From an uncultured Eubacteriales bacterium (lineage in GTDB: Bacteria > Bacillota > Clostridia > Christensenellales > CAG-138): 64,000 bases of DNA. The stretch's first letter is position 1, and every line of letters starts with the position of its first letter. The stretch covers positions 3,687 to 67,686 of the forward strand of contig CACWYB010000023.1 in NCBI GenBank assembly GCA_902765005.1, read 5' to 3'. This document shows positions 1 to 9,782 of the stretch, one piece after another. Under the pieces are notes generated by a model that was not told the DNA's origin, ran no database searches, and saw only the letters and a list, made by a program, of their open reading frames with translations. The position numbers and the translations under genes are program-made.

Positions 1-50
1 CCGCCAAGGAGCAGCGCGCAGGCAAGCAGCAGGGCAAGGGTTCGCTTCAT
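1..50 (-). CDS. N-terminus of a secreted/lipoprotein, truncated by the window edge
   Basis: ATG at 50 reads MKRTLALLLACALLLG (signal-peptide-like), preceded by an AGAGGA RBS. Confidence 0.6.
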   Translation of the reverse strand, partial: MKRTLALLLACALLLG

Positions 51-164
51 GTTCGTTCCTCTTTGGTTGGATTGTTCGCCGGACCCGGCGGGAGAAAAAA
101 GGTTCCGGGGAGCATTCCAAGGAAGGCTCCCCGTTTTTCTTCGATTCGGTTGTTTAGGATGGGA

Positions 165-1331
165 TCAATCGTAGTAGACCCGGTCCGCCGGGGCCGTGGC
201 GGGGTTGTAGTAGTAGGGCGCCAGGCTCTGGCAGAGCTCCTGATAGGAGGGGATGCCCTCCACCTGGATGGTCTGGTCGGGGTTGATCATGTTGTTCCAC
301 TCGATGGTCTTGAGGATGGTGGTGATGTGACGGGCCACCCGCTTCTCGATGGGCCAACCGCTTTCGTCGATGGGCGAATAGAGGAGCTTGTGATCCCCCG
401 CCAGCATGACGAACCGATCCTTGCCTTCCATGAGCAGGGCTTCGTCGGTGATGCCGCGGATACGGTCCAGCATGGGCTCGGCTACCTCGAAGGTGTAGGG
501 CACGCAGTCGGACCAGTCGCCGATCTCACGATGGCTCAGGCCATGGAGGGCTTCCGGCGAGTAGTTGCAGGTGATGGCCACGTCAAAGGGATCGGCGGTC
601 AGGTCCATGGACACCATGGAGCCCACCACATCGCCCCGCTGATGGAACACGATGGTATTCTCCACGGAGTATTCCAGCTCCGCCTCGTGGAGGTCGATGG
701 CCAGATCGATGCCCTCCTGCTTGATCATCTGCATGGCGGCGTAGTTGGTCCGCTCGGTCAAAAGGCCGTTGGCCTTGCCGGGCCAGGTCCGGTTGATGTT
801 GCGCACGTCCACGTTGGCCAGGTTCTGGCCGCTGGGATAGTGGATGTAGACCTCGGGATCGGGCCAGGAATCCAGCTGGTTGCCGGCCCGGTCGCCGAAG
901 CGCCACTTCATGGTGCCCCAGCCGCAGTCGTAGGTGAAGAAACGGGGATAGGCTTCGCCCACGCGGGTGTTGGTGGAGGCGCTGGTGTTCATGCTGTCGA
1001 TGACGAAGACCCGGCCCTGGGTGACCTTCAGATTCTCCACGATGAGGGAGCAGGCCATGACGCCCACGGGCTCCTCCGGATGGCTCCGGCCCCAGATGAG
1101 GATGGTGCCACCGGGAACGCCGCTGTCGAAGATGTACACGTTGCAGTCGTTCACGGTGCCCTTGATCACGTCGCTGTAATCGGAGAGTTTCTTGACCTCG
1201 GTGATGTACTTGCTGACGACCACGGGCTCCTTATAGGTCCTGTGCTCCCGGAACATGTAGCCGGCGATGGCCATCATGACCACGGCCAGGGCCACGGCTA
1301 CGATCTTGACGATGGTGGTTTTGTTTTTCAT
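165..1331 (-). CDS. Membrane-anchored succinylglutamate desuccinylase/aspartoacylase (M14-like) family deacylase
   Basis: N-terminal TM/signal; GRSHPEE (HxxE), NINRTWPG and DLHE motifs typical of AstE/AspA zinc hydrolases. Confidence 0.8.
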   Translation of the reverse strand: MKNKTTIVKIVAVALAVVMMAIAGYMFREHRTYKEPVVVSKYITEVKKLSDYSDVIKGTVNDCNVYIFDSGVPGGTILIWGRSHPEEPVGVMACSLIVENLKVTQGRVFVIDSMNTSASTNTRVGEAYPRFFTYDCGWGTMKWRFGDRAGNQLDSWPDPEVYIHYPSGQNLANVDVRNINRTWPGKANGLLTERTNYAAMQMIKQEGIDLAIDLHEAELEYSVENTIVFHQRGDVVGSMVSMDLTADPFDVAITCNYSPEALHGLSHREIGDWSDCVPYTFEVAEPMLDRIRGITDEALLMEGKDRFVMLAGDHKLLYSPIDESGWPIEKRVARHITTILKTIEWNNMINPDQTIQVEGIPSYQELCQSLAPYYYNPATAPADRVYYD

Positions 1332-1347
1332 TTTCCTTCAGCCCCCT

Positions 1348-1521
1348 TTACTTCAGCCGCAGCAAGCGAAGGACGAACGGGATCATGATCACAACATATA
1401 CCAGGGCATCCTGCACGTTCTTGGTCTTGATGAAGACCCGGATGATGGCCAGCAGGAAGAAGGCGGCGGTAGCATAGGTACAGATTGTGATGATCAGATT
1501 CACGATTACCAACAGACTCAT
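1348..1521 (-). CDS. 57-aa small two-helix membrane protein (not in ORF track)
   Basis: Manual translation MSLLVIVNLIITICTYATAAFFLLAIIRVFIKTKNVQDALVYVVIMIPFVLRLLRLK*; fills the gap between permease and deacylase in the same orientation. Confidence 0.75.
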   Translation of the reverse strand: MSLLVIVNLIITICTYATAAFFLLAIIRVFIKTKNVQDALVYVVIMIPFVLRLLRLK

Positions 1522-1525
1522 ATGC

Positions 1526-2857
1526 TTACACCCCCAGGAAGTTGCCGAACGGCTTGTTGAAGATCATGGCCAGCGTGCAGATAGCCAGGATGAACAGCAT
1601 GGGCACCAGGGCCTTCTTCACGAAGCCCTTGTAATACTCGCCCTTGTAGTCCAGCTCCAGCACCGTGGCGCGGCCCACCACCGCGGTAGGCGGCAGGCAG
1701 TCGCCCACAGGCCACATGACCGCCCAGCAGGACAGGGCGATGATGGGGTTGTAGCCCAGCATGTTGAAGAGCATGATCAGCGGCACGCCGAACAGCGGCG
1801 CCACCGCGTATTGGAGCACGCCCTCGGTGACGGGCAGGATCAGCCACAGGGCCGCGAACAGCAGCCAGATGGGCAGAATGACCACGGCCAGGGACAGCAG
1901 GCCCCGGGCGCCGGTGAGGGTCATGATCTGGTTCAGCACGCCCACGACCATCATGATGCCCACCAGCTCCTTCAGATTGGTGACGGTGGTCATGGCGATG
2001 TCCAGGACGTTCACCTTCTTGGGGCTGACCAGCAAGGTGGTGAAGCCGCAGAGCATGAAGATCATGGGCAGGCCGAAGGTGGGCCACCAGGCCGGGAAGA
2101 TGCGGGCGCCCAGGATCAGCACGACCATCACCACGAAGGGAACGAAGGCCTTGAGCAGGTTCCAGCCGGCCGGCGCTTCGGGCAGGGTGGCGAGGACTTC
2201 GTCCACGGTGCCCTTGCGCTCGCCCTTGCCGGCCAGATAGAAGGTGGCAAAGAGGGCGCCCAGGCCGCTCAAGATGAGCAGGGGCCAGGTGAAGCCCGTG
2301 TAGGGCATGTTGGCGCCGGCGGCGGCCATCATGGCCCAGAGGTTGATGGGCGGGCAGGCGGCGGACATGGCAGCCAGGATGAAGATCAGGGCCACCCGCT
2401 TATCCTCCTCCACACCCATGGCGGTGAGCACCGCGCCCACCAGGCCGCCCACGGTGAGCACCGTGGTGGCGCCGGAGCCGGTGACCGCGCCGGGGACCAT
2501 CATGACCACCATGAGCAGCAGCAGGCAGACGACCCTATGGTCATAGAACCGCTTGACGATGGTCCGAACCAGGTAGGATACGCCGCCGGTCTCCTTGTAC
2601 AGGGTCATGAAGAAGGTGGCGGTAAGGAAGGTCATGCACACATCGAAGTAGGTGAAGGTGCCCTCCACCAGATGGCGGATGACCTCTGCGAAGGTGAGGA
2701 CCGACCTGGGGTCCTCGCCCATGGGCAGGATCACATGAGCGATGACGGCGCTCACGGCGCCCAGCAGTAGGCACAGCTCCGTGTTCAGGCGAAGCTTTTT
2801 CGCGACCGCGAACACCACGGCGATCACGATGAGCACTGCCAGGGAATGCGTCAACAT
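1526..2857 (-). CDS. TRAP large permease (DctM-like)/IT-superfamily transporter
   Basis: Highly hydrophobic ~443 aa; PGAVTGSG, ACPPINL and CLPPTAVVG helical-hairpin motifs. Confidence 0.8.
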   Translation of the reverse strand: MLTHSLAVLIVIAVVFAVAKKLRLNTELCLLLGAVSAVIAHVILPMGEDPRSVLTFAEVIRHLVEGTFTYFDVCMTFLTATFFMTLYKETGGVSYLVRTIVKRFYDHRVVCLLLLMVVMMVPGAVTGSGATTVLTVGGLVGAVLTAMGVEEDKRVALIFILAAMSAACPPINLWAMMAAAGANMPYTGFTWPLLILSGLGALFATFYLAGKGERKGTVDEVLATLPEAPAGWNLLKAFVPFVVMVVLILGARIFPAWWPTFGLPMIFMLCGFTTLLVSPKKVNVLDIAMTTVTNLKELVGIMMVVGVLNQIMTLTGARGLLSLAVVILPIWLLFAALWLILPVTEGVLQYAVAPLFGVPLIMLFNMLGYNPIIALSCWAVMWPVGDCLPPTAVVGRATVLELDYKGEYYKGFVKKALVPMLFILAICTLAMIFNKPFGNFLGV

Positions 2858-2896
2858 AGTCAAAACGAATACACCCCCTTTAGCCCCTTGCCGGCC

Positions 2897-3631
2897 TTAA
2901 CCCAGGACGGAGGTGATGGACTTGGCGTCCTTGACCTTGATCAGCGGGATGTTATGCTCAGTGCAATAGTTGGTGAACAGACCGTCGTTGTCGCTCTCCT
3001 CGATGACCAGAACCACATCCGCCACGGCCAGCATGGAATCGATGGAGGCCTGGTCGGAGTAGTCGGTGCGGCGGGCGGAGCCCTCGATGTGGGCGCAGAC
3101 CACGACCATGCCCGCATCCTTGGCGGCCTGGGCCAGCTTCTGGCAGCGGGCGATCTCCGCGTCGATATCGGTGCCGGCGGCGCCCATGCCCTTGCCGGAG
3201 GTGCCGGTGGTGATGACCAGGGTCTTGGCGTTGGGGGCCACCTCCAGGAGCTGTTCGGCGGTCAGGTTGTTCTCGTTGATGGCTTCCAGGCCCAGGGTGC
3301 CGGCCAGGGACTTAAACATGACCGCGCCGGGGCTCTGGCCGCAGGTGGTGGACACGAAGGGGCCATAGATCTTCCCCTCCTCCTGGGCTTCGGGAGCGGC
3401 TTCGGCCGGCTTCTCGGCAGGCTCCTCCGCCGCGGCGGCGGCTTCGGCAGGCTTCTCGGCGGGCTCTTGGGCCGCTGGGGCCTCGGCAGGCTTCTCGGCA
3501 GGCTTCTCGGCGGCGGCCGCGGGCTCGTTGGCGGGGGCCGGCTCATTGGCGGGGGCGGCTTCCTTGCTGCCGCAGGCCACCAGGGCCAGGGCCAGGGCCA
3601 GGACTAACAGCAATGCGATGATTTTCTTCAT
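2897..3631 (-). CDS. Lipoprotein, DUF6305-like, with Ala/Pro/Glu-rich linker
   Basis: Lipobox LVAC; AEKP/APANEP repeats; C-terminal domain with GQSP, GTSGKGMGAAG and HIEGSARR motifs. Confidence 0.7.
   Translation of the reverse strand: MKKIIALLLVLALALALVACGSKEAAPANEPAPANEPAAAAEKPAEKPAEAPAAQEPAEKPAEAAAAAEEPAEKPAEAAPEAQEEGKIYGPFVSTTCGQSPGAVMFKSLAGTLGLEAINENNLTAEQLLEVAPNAKTLVITTGTSGKGMGAAGTDIDAEIARCQKLAQAAKDAGMVVVCAHIEGSARRTDYSDQASIDSMLAVADVVLVIEESDNDGLFTNYCTEHNIPLIKVKDAKSITSVLG
3370..3560 (-). repeat. Low-complexity coding repeats (APANEP x2, AEKP repeats) in lipoprotein linker
   Basis: Repeated GGCTTCTCGGCA and GGCTC(A/G)TTGGCGGGGGC units. Confidence 0.7.
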
Positions 3632-3787
3632 ATTTCTTTACTCCTTATGGGGTTGGGTATGCCCGGGGCATACGGCTCTTTACAGGAACGGCACCCGGCG
3701 TAACAGCTCCACCCGGAAGGAATGGAGTTTGCGCACCGGGTGCCGCGATCAGTCAGTCAGCGCCGGACAAAGCCGGCATGGAGTCTC

Positions 3788-5443
3788 TTACTGGATGCCC
3801 AGGTTGGCCTTGTCCTCCAGGCTGGTGGAACCGAAGTGGATGGACTCCAAATAGTCGCGATCGTAGCCGCGGTTGGTGGAGGAGCCGTCCTCATTGATGT
3901 GCATGCCGTCGTAGTTGGTGCCGACCAGCTGCCAGGCAAAGGCCCACCAGCCCTCGTACACGTCGTTCATGCACTTGTTGGTGTACTCGGTCAGATATGC
4001 ACGGGCGCCGTCCACGTCGCCGGCATTGTAGAGCTCAAGGGCCTTGGCGTCCACTTCGGCCTGCTCGGCGAAGAACTTGTCTTCAAAGGTGGCCTTGGCA
4101 GCCAGGATCTGGGGATACATGAGATCCCACTGGAGCTGGGCGTAGTTGTTCACGAAGTTGAAGGCCCACCAGGCACAGGTGGTGTCAAAGGCCTTGCGGT
4201 TGCCGGTGGCCCAGGCTTCGGGGACGGAGGTCACGCCGGCGTAGATGGGCACGTACACGGTGGTGTCAGGGCAGTCGCAGCCGTACCAGAGGACGGAGCC
4301 GATCTCACCGGGCATATCCTTGCGGAGCTCGGCCACGAAGGCGTAGCTGCAGCGATACTGCGCAATCTCGCGCTCCCAGTCTTCGGAGGCGGCGGATTCG
4401 GGCTTGTCACGGCCGACGGCATACCGATGGGGGTTGTGGAAGGCGCCGGCGGCGGGATCCTGGGTCATGTCGTACTTGGTGCCCTCCAGATGGTCGGCAT
4501 AGATGCTCATGATCTTCTGGACGGTGACGGGCTCATCGGGCTTGATGGCGAAATCATAGTGATCCTGACGGCCGAGCACAGGGAACTCCTGGGAGGGAGC
4601 CAGCAGGGAGAACGCGCGCCATTCACGGCGGGAGGCATAGAACTCATACCCGTAGGGGGTGGGGTTGAAGATCTTGGTGAAGTTGAAGGGCTCACCCTCG
4701 GTGTACTTGCCGATGGAGGCGGGGTACGCCGTGATGTTGGTGGACCACATGAAGTTCTCGGTGTCGTTGAAATCGATCACGCCCAGGCGGGACCGGTTGG
4801 CGCCCACGAAGGTGGCGTCATCGGGCACCCGGCGGGCCGCCCAGTGGGCGCCCGGGGCCTCGGAGCCCTGCTCCCAAAGGGGACCGGCGCCGCAGATTTC
4901 GAAGATCCAGATCTCATCCTTGTCGGCCACGAGCAGGCACTCGCCGCCGTCCGCATAGCCGTACTTCTCGGCCAGCTCGCCCATGACCTTCACGCACTCA
5001 CGGGCGGTGGCGGCCCGCTGCAGACCCAGCTGCTGCAGGTTCGCGATGACGAACAGGCCGTTGGCGGTGTAGAAGTTGGTGTAGTCGCCGGACCAGGTGA
5101 ACTCGCTGATGACGACGCCCTTTTCATTCATGAAGGGATAGCCTACGTTGAAATAGGTGTAGGTCTCGGGGGCCTGGGGGATCTGGCCGACGAGCTTGGG
5201 TTCGCTCTTGGTGGCGGTGCAGGGGTCGTTGTAGATGTCAACCATCTCGTCGGCGCCGTGGGTGCCGCCCTCAACAATAACAATGCGATGATCGTACCAA
5301 CCGTCGCAGGTATGGGACACGATGGTGGACCCATTGGCGGTTGCATCCTTGCCGGTAGCGGTGGTGGTGCACGCAAAAGCCGCGCTCATGGGCACCGACA
5401 GCACGAAGATAACGGCAATCAGCAGACTAAGTACTTTCTTCAT
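3788..5443 (-). CDS. Exported C69 family dipeptidase (Ntn hydrolase)
   Basis: Signal peptide ending AFA followed by CTT; ATANGSTIVSH, MNEKGVVISE, LGLQRAATARECV and ANRSR motifs. Confidence 0.85.
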   Translation of the reverse strand: MKKVLSLLIAVIFVLSVPMSAAFACTTTATGKDATANGSTIVSHTCDGWYDHRIVIVEGGTHGADEMVDIYNDPCTATKSEPKLVGQIPQAPETYTYFNVGYPFMNEKGVVISEFTWSGDYTNFYTANGLFVIANLQQLGLQRAATARECVKVMGELAEKYGYADGGECLLVADKDEIWIFEICGAGPLWEQGSEAPGAHWAARRVPDDATFVGANRSRLGVIDFNDTENFMWSTNITAYPASIGKYTEGEPFNFTKIFNPTPYGYEFYASRREWRAFSLLAPSQEFPVLGRQDHYDFAIKPDEPVTVQKIMSIYADHLEGTKYDMTQDPAAGAFHNPHRYAVGRDKPESAASEDWEREIAQYRCSYAFVAELRKDMPGEIGSVLWYGCDCPDTTVYVPIYAGVTSVPEAWATGNRKAFDTTCAWWAFNFVNNYAQLQWDLMYPQILAAKATFEDKFFAEQAEVDAKALELYNAGDVDGARAYLTEYTNKCMNDVYEGWWAFAWQLVGTNYDGMHINEDGSSTNRGYDRDYLESIHFGSTSLEDKANLGIQ

Positions 5444-5586
5444 GTTCTTCCCTTCTCCTTATATTTTTGTTTTTGCTTTGCGCGAAACGTCGGCTTGCCG
5501 CTCCTCGTTTTTCCCCCTCCGCGAAAAAGCGGCTGGCCTTCGTTACACGTTGGCCATATCTTATGGGATATGACCCGCTCACGTAT

Positions 5587-5614
5587 ATTCTATCACGCGC
5601 ATGCCCGTTGTCAA
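5587..5614 (-). promoter_or_regulatory. sigma-A promoter of the C69 operon
   Basis: TTGACA-16 nt-TAGAAT with TG extended -10 on the minus strand. Confidence 0.65.
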
Positions 5615-5824
5615 GGGAAACAGGTCCCGGACGTACTTTTATTTTTTCTGTATTTTACGAAAATACCGAATTTTTTTCGGCTTACATCGGTTGTTCTCCG
5701 GTTTTAAGCGGGTGCTATTCCTCGTATGAAAATACATTATATATCATCCTGAGTACTTTGGTCGGATATGCGTATGGATATGCATGCCCCTCCTTGAGGC
5801 AAAAAGAACGGCCCCGGCAGCTTT

Positions 5825-6220
5825 TTACGCGGCAGGGGACCGGTTGAGCCTGTCCTCGATTTGGTTGAGGGTGTTGAAGAAGCGGTGGGTGGCGATCATG
5901 GGGCCGAAGAACAGGACGCCGAACACGTTCCAGCCGAACATGTGCCGCCAAGAGGTGTGGGGGCCGGGGATGCCCATGGCGATGGCCTTTCCTTTCAGCT
6001 CCCGGGAGATGTCGGCCATCCACACCAGGGGGTAAATGAACAGGGTGGGGATGCCCAGCAGGTAGGCCTGCCAGTAGGGCCGGACCCGATGGCCCAGAAC
6101 CTCCTCCAGCTCCCCCTGCAGCCCCCCCAGGGGCATATAGAGCAGGAAGAAGAGGCCGGCGGTGAAAAAGTCGACAAAGCCCAGCCAGAAGCCGGGCCGG
6201 TGGGTGTGGGCAAAGCGCAT
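5825..6220 (-). CDS. Small membrane protein (DUF4234-like)
   Basis: Hydrophobic, with the LGIPTLFIYPLVW pattern; follows the SRAP gene. Confidence 0.6.
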   Translation of the reverse strand: MRFAHTHRPGFWLGFVDFFTAGLFFLLYMPLGGLQGELEEVLGHRVRPYWQAYLLGIPTLFIYPLVWMADISRELKGKAIAMGIPGPHTSWRHMFGWNVFGVLFFGPMIATHRFFNTLNQIEDRLNRSPAA

Positions 6221-6232
6221 GGGGCTCCTTTC

Positions 6233-6838
6233 TCAGGCCTTCTCTACCAGCAGCTCAGGCTGGAGGCTGTGGATCATCTCATGGAAATCCGTGTCCGGGG
6301 AGAGCCACTCCTCCGCCCGTTTTAGGGGCACGATCACCGGCATGCGGGGATGGATGTCCTTCAGGGCCTTGGGGGCGTCCTGGGTCAGGACGGTGAAGCA
6401 GGGCAGCCGATGCTCCTGGGAGGTGCGGATATAGAGGCCCGCCAGGAACAGGGGGGCTTCGTCCGCCGCCCGGAAGGCGAAGCGCTCCTTTTTGTTTTTG
6501 TCCGCCCGCTTCCACTCAAAGTAGCCCGAGGCGGGGATGAGGCACCGGCGGTCGTTGACGCTGGATGTGAACAGGTCCTTCTCCGGGGCGGTCTCCATGC
6601 GGGTGTTGAACACCAGCATGCCCCGGGTGGGATGGGCAAAGCCCCACTGCATGGGGAAGGCGCCCATGGCCCGGTTCAGGGCGTTGGGGGCGATGACGGG
6701 GGCGATGTCCGTGGGGCGGATCTCCCCCGCGGTCTTCATGTCGGCGCAGAGCTTGGCGGAGACGCGAACGGCCTGCTGCAGCAGATGCCCCAGGTCCTCG
6801 TCCCAGAGTCCTTCATCGATGTAGTATCGTCCGCACAT
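6233..6838 (-). CDS. SOS response-associated peptidase (SRAP/YedK) family protein
   Basis: N-terminal MCGRY; RRCLIPASGYFEW and IHPRMP motifs. Confidence 0.9.
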   Translation of the reverse strand: MCGRYYIDEGLWDEDLGHLLQQAVRVSAKLCADMKTAGEIRPTDIAPVIAPNALNRAMGAFPMQWGFAHPTRGMLVFNTRMETAPEKDLFTSSVNDRRCLIPASGYFEWKRADKNKKERFAFRAADEAPLFLAGLYIRTSQEHRLPCFTVLTQDAPKALKDIHPRMPVIVPLKRAEEWLSPDTDFHEMIHSLQPELLVEKA

Positions 6839-6948
6839 GGCCGCCTCCCCTCTCCCCCTCCGGGGCGATATGTTTTGCGTTGCCGGGTCCTCCCCTTTCT
6901 GTTTTTAGTATACCAAACGCCGGAAAAAATGACAACCGAAACCAAAAG

Positions 6949-6977
6949 GGCTGCCGGAGCGCAGGCCCCGGCAGCCG
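6949..6977. terminator. Hairpin downstream of pullulanase
   Basis: GGCTGCCGG...CCGGCAGCC stem followed by CTTTT on the minus strand. Confidence 0.55.
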
Positions 6978-6990
6978 GTTCGCATCTTGA

Positions 6991-9657
6991 TTATTTGGCC
7001 GCCAGCAGCACAGCGGTCTTTCCCTCCAGGGGAAGGGTGCCCGCAAAATCGCCGGTGGCGCCCCAGAGGGCGGTCCACTCTCCCGCCGGCAGATCGACGG
7101 TCATGGGATCCTGGTTGGGGTTGGCCACCAGATAGCCCGCCAGCTTCCCTTCCCAGGTGTAGGCGGCGGCGATGGCGCTGCCCTCCAGGACCTCCCCGAC
7201 TACGGTGCCGTTGTACAGCCAGGGGTTGGCCTTCCTCAGGGCGATGAGCTCCCGGTAGCAAAGCATCATGTCATAGGCGTCGCTGCCCGGAACAAGGGCC
7301 TCCCAGTCGATGTTGTTCACGGCGTCGGAGGCGTTGTAGCTGTTCTCGTTGCCACCCTTGGAGCGGAGCATCTCCTCCCCCGCCAGGAAGAAGGGGGTGC
7401 CCTTGCTGAAGAGGACCATGGCGGCCCCCAGCCGGTTCATCGCAAGGCGCTGCTCCACGGTGGCGTTGGGATCGGCGTTGGCAAGGATATCCCACAGGGT
7501 GCGGTTGTCGTGGGAGGACATGTAGTTGATCATGAGGGCGTCGTCCACCTTCCAGCTGGCTCCCGTGTGCTCCCCGCCGGTGATGCCGAAGAGGACCCTA
7601 TTGGCGGAGTCCTTGCTGGCGCTGCCGCTGATCCAGCCCTTGGCCTTGGCGTCGAAAACGCTGCCCTTGAGGCCGTCGCGGATGACGTCGTTGAACACGG
7701 CCACAGCGCCGATGGCGCCCTCGGAGGCCTTCACCTCCCGGATGTTGGCCTGGATGGCCCGCTGGTTCTCCCGCAGGGGCGTGGTGCCGCCGGTCCAGCC
7801 CTCGCCGTAGAGGATGGCCTGGGGGTTGATGGCATGGACGGCCTTCTCGATCCGCTGCATGGTATCCAGGTCATGAAGGCCCATCAGGTCGAAGCGGAAG
7901 CCGTCGATGTGGTACTCGGTCAGCCAGTAGGTCAGAGAGTCGACCATGTACTTGCGGAACATCTTGCGCTCGGAGGCGGTCTCGTTGCCGCAGCCGGAGC
8001 CGTTGGAGCTGTCGCCGGTGTTGGTGTAGCGGTAATAGTAGTAGGGCACGATCCGGTTCAGGTTGGAGTCCTGGGAATAGGTGTGGTTGTACACCACGTC
8101 CATGACCACGGCCAGGCCGTTTGCATGGAGGGCCTGGACCATCTGCTTGAACTCGTTCACCCGCACCTCCCCGTGGAAGGGGTCGGTGGAATAGCTCCCC
8201 TCGGGGGCGTTGTAGTTCTTGGGATCATAGCCCCAGTTGAAGGCGCTGGCGGTGGTCTCGTCCACGGTGGCGTAGTCATAGACCGGCTGCAGATGCACGT
8301 GGGTGACCCCCAGCTGCTTCAGGTATTCCACGCCCACGGCTTCCCCGGCGGCGTTGGTCAGGCCCGTTTCCGTGAAGGCCAGGTACTTGCCCGGGTATTG
8401 GGAGGCGGAGATCCGGTTGGAGAAGTCCCGCACATGGACCTCCCAGATCACCGCGTCCCGGTAGGAGGAAAGGCCGGGATCGAAGGCTTCGTCCCGGAAG
8501 CCCTCCGGATCAGTCAGGCTCAGGTCGATGACCATGCCCCTGTCCCCGTTTACGCCCACGGCCCGGGCGTAGGGGTCCACCGCCTCCTGGGTACCCACGG
8601 CGGTGGTGACGGTGTAGGTGTAGTAGGTGCCGTGGCCGCAGGGATAGTCAAGGGTCCAGACGCCCTGGTTCACCCGGTTCATGTCCAGGGATTCCGTGGC
8701 TTCGCCCCCGTTCCCCGCCGCAAAGAGGTTCAGCACCACCCGGCTGGCCGTGGGGGCCCAGACCTTGAAGGTGGTGGTGCCGTCGTCGTGGAGGATGGCC
8801 CCCAGGTCGTCCCCCTCGTAGGTATACTTGGCCAGGAAGGCGGAGCTGTCGAAGATGGCCGTGGGCACCGCCACCTGCTCCCCGTAACCCTCGATGGAAA
8901 CCAGGCAGGATGCCGTGATGTCCAGGTTCTCCTTGGTGGTGATGACGCCGGAGATCACGCTGTTGTTCAGGCTGGAGAGCTTCTCCACGGTCAGGGGCTG
9001 GCCGTTGACCGTGACCTTGACCTGGTCCAGGCTGGTGAGCCGGGCCGCCGGCTCGATGGTGTATTTGATCTGGTTCTCCGCGATGATCCCCGCGAACTTG
9101 AAGGTCAACTTCTGCTGCAGATTCATGCCGCCGTCCTCGCTGTAGTAGATGGTTTCCTCACCGGATTTGAGGAAGACGGACACATCCTCCCCCGTCATCT
9201 TCACGAACCGGTCCCCGTCGAAGTCCTTGGTGGCCGTGCCCCAGCTGGTTCCGCCCACGTCGGAGCAGCCCGTGCGGACGATGAAGCCCACCTCCTCCAC
9301 ATCCAGGGGGACGTTCACCACCACCTTGGCCCCATAGGCGCAGGGGTGCATGGGGTAGCTCCGGCCGTCCTTGCCCTTGAACCAGATCCACATGTCGCTG
9401 GTGTCGAAGTCGATGGATGCTTTGGTCCAGTAGAGGGAGAGCTGGACGCAGCCCTCCTCCCGGGGCAGCTCATATTCCCCGGGCGCCGGCTCGGCTTCCG
9501 GTTCCGTTTCCGGCGCTGGGGCCGGGGCTTCCGTGGGCGCCGGCGCGGCGGTCGCCTCCGCCTGGGGGGCTTCCGTGGCCGTGGGCGCTTGGGCCGCCGG
9601 GGCCGCGCAGGCCGCCAGCATCAGCAGGGCCAGCAAAAGAGCGAATAGCTTTTTCAT
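6991..9657 (-). CDS. pulA: Type I pullulanase (GH13), lipoprotein
   Basis: Lipobox LAAC; FKVWAPTA, NWGYDP, DVVYNHT, DGFRFDLMG, YGEGW and SHDN motifs. Confidence 0.93.
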   Translation of the reverse strand: MKKLFALLLALLMLAACAAPAAQAPTATEAPQAEATAAPAPTEAPAPAPETEPEAEPAPGEYELPREEGCVQLSLYWTKASIDFDTSDMWIWFKGKDGRSYPMHPCAYGAKVVVNVPLDVEEVGFIVRTGCSDVGGTSWGTATKDFDGDRFVKMTGEDVSVFLKSGEETIYYSEDGGMNLQQKLTFKFAGIIAENQIKYTIEPAARLTSLDQVKVTVNGQPLTVEKLSSLNNSVISGVITTKENLDITASCLVSIEGYGEQVAVPTAIFDSSAFLAKYTYEGDDLGAILHDDGTTTFKVWAPTASRVVLNLFAAGNGGEATESLDMNRVNQGVWTLDYPCGHGTYYTYTVTTAVGTQEAVDPYARAVGVNGDRGMVIDLSLTDPEGFRDEAFDPGLSSYRDAVIWEVHVRDFSNRISASQYPGKYLAFTETGLTNAAGEAVGVEYLKQLGVTHVHLQPVYDYATVDETTASAFNWGYDPKNYNAPEGSYSTDPFHGEVRVNEFKQMVQALHANGLAVVMDVVYNHTYSQDSNLNRIVPYYYYRYTNTGDSSNGSGCGNETASERKMFRKYMVDSLTYWLTEYHIDGFRFDLMGLHDLDTMQRIEKAVHAINPQAILYGEGWTGGTTPLRENQRAIQANIREVKASEGAIGAVAVFNDVIRDGLKGSVFDAKAKGWISGSASKDSANRVLFGITGGEHTGASWKVDDALMINYMSSHDNRTLWDILANADPNATVEQRLAMNRLGAAMVLFSKGTPFFLAGEEMLRSKGGNENSYNASDAVNNIDWEALVPGSDAYDMMLCYRELIALRKANPWLYNGTVVGEVLEGSAIAAAYTWEGKLAGYLVANPNQDPMTVDLPAGEWTALWGATGDFAGTLPLEGKTAVLLAAK

Positions 9658-9782
9658 AGACGTTCCTCCTTTATGGCATCCTTTGGGGGGCTCCCTTTAT
9701 ATCTGCATTATAGCCAAATCGGGGGAATAAAACAAGACGCAAAACGCCGCCCCGGGGGGGACGGCGTCCAGATGCTGACAGC

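Noticed and set aside
6839-6945. LexA box upstream of the SRAP gene
   Set aside because: No GAAC-N4-GTTC match seen; only a sigma-A-like TTGTCA/TATACT promoter.
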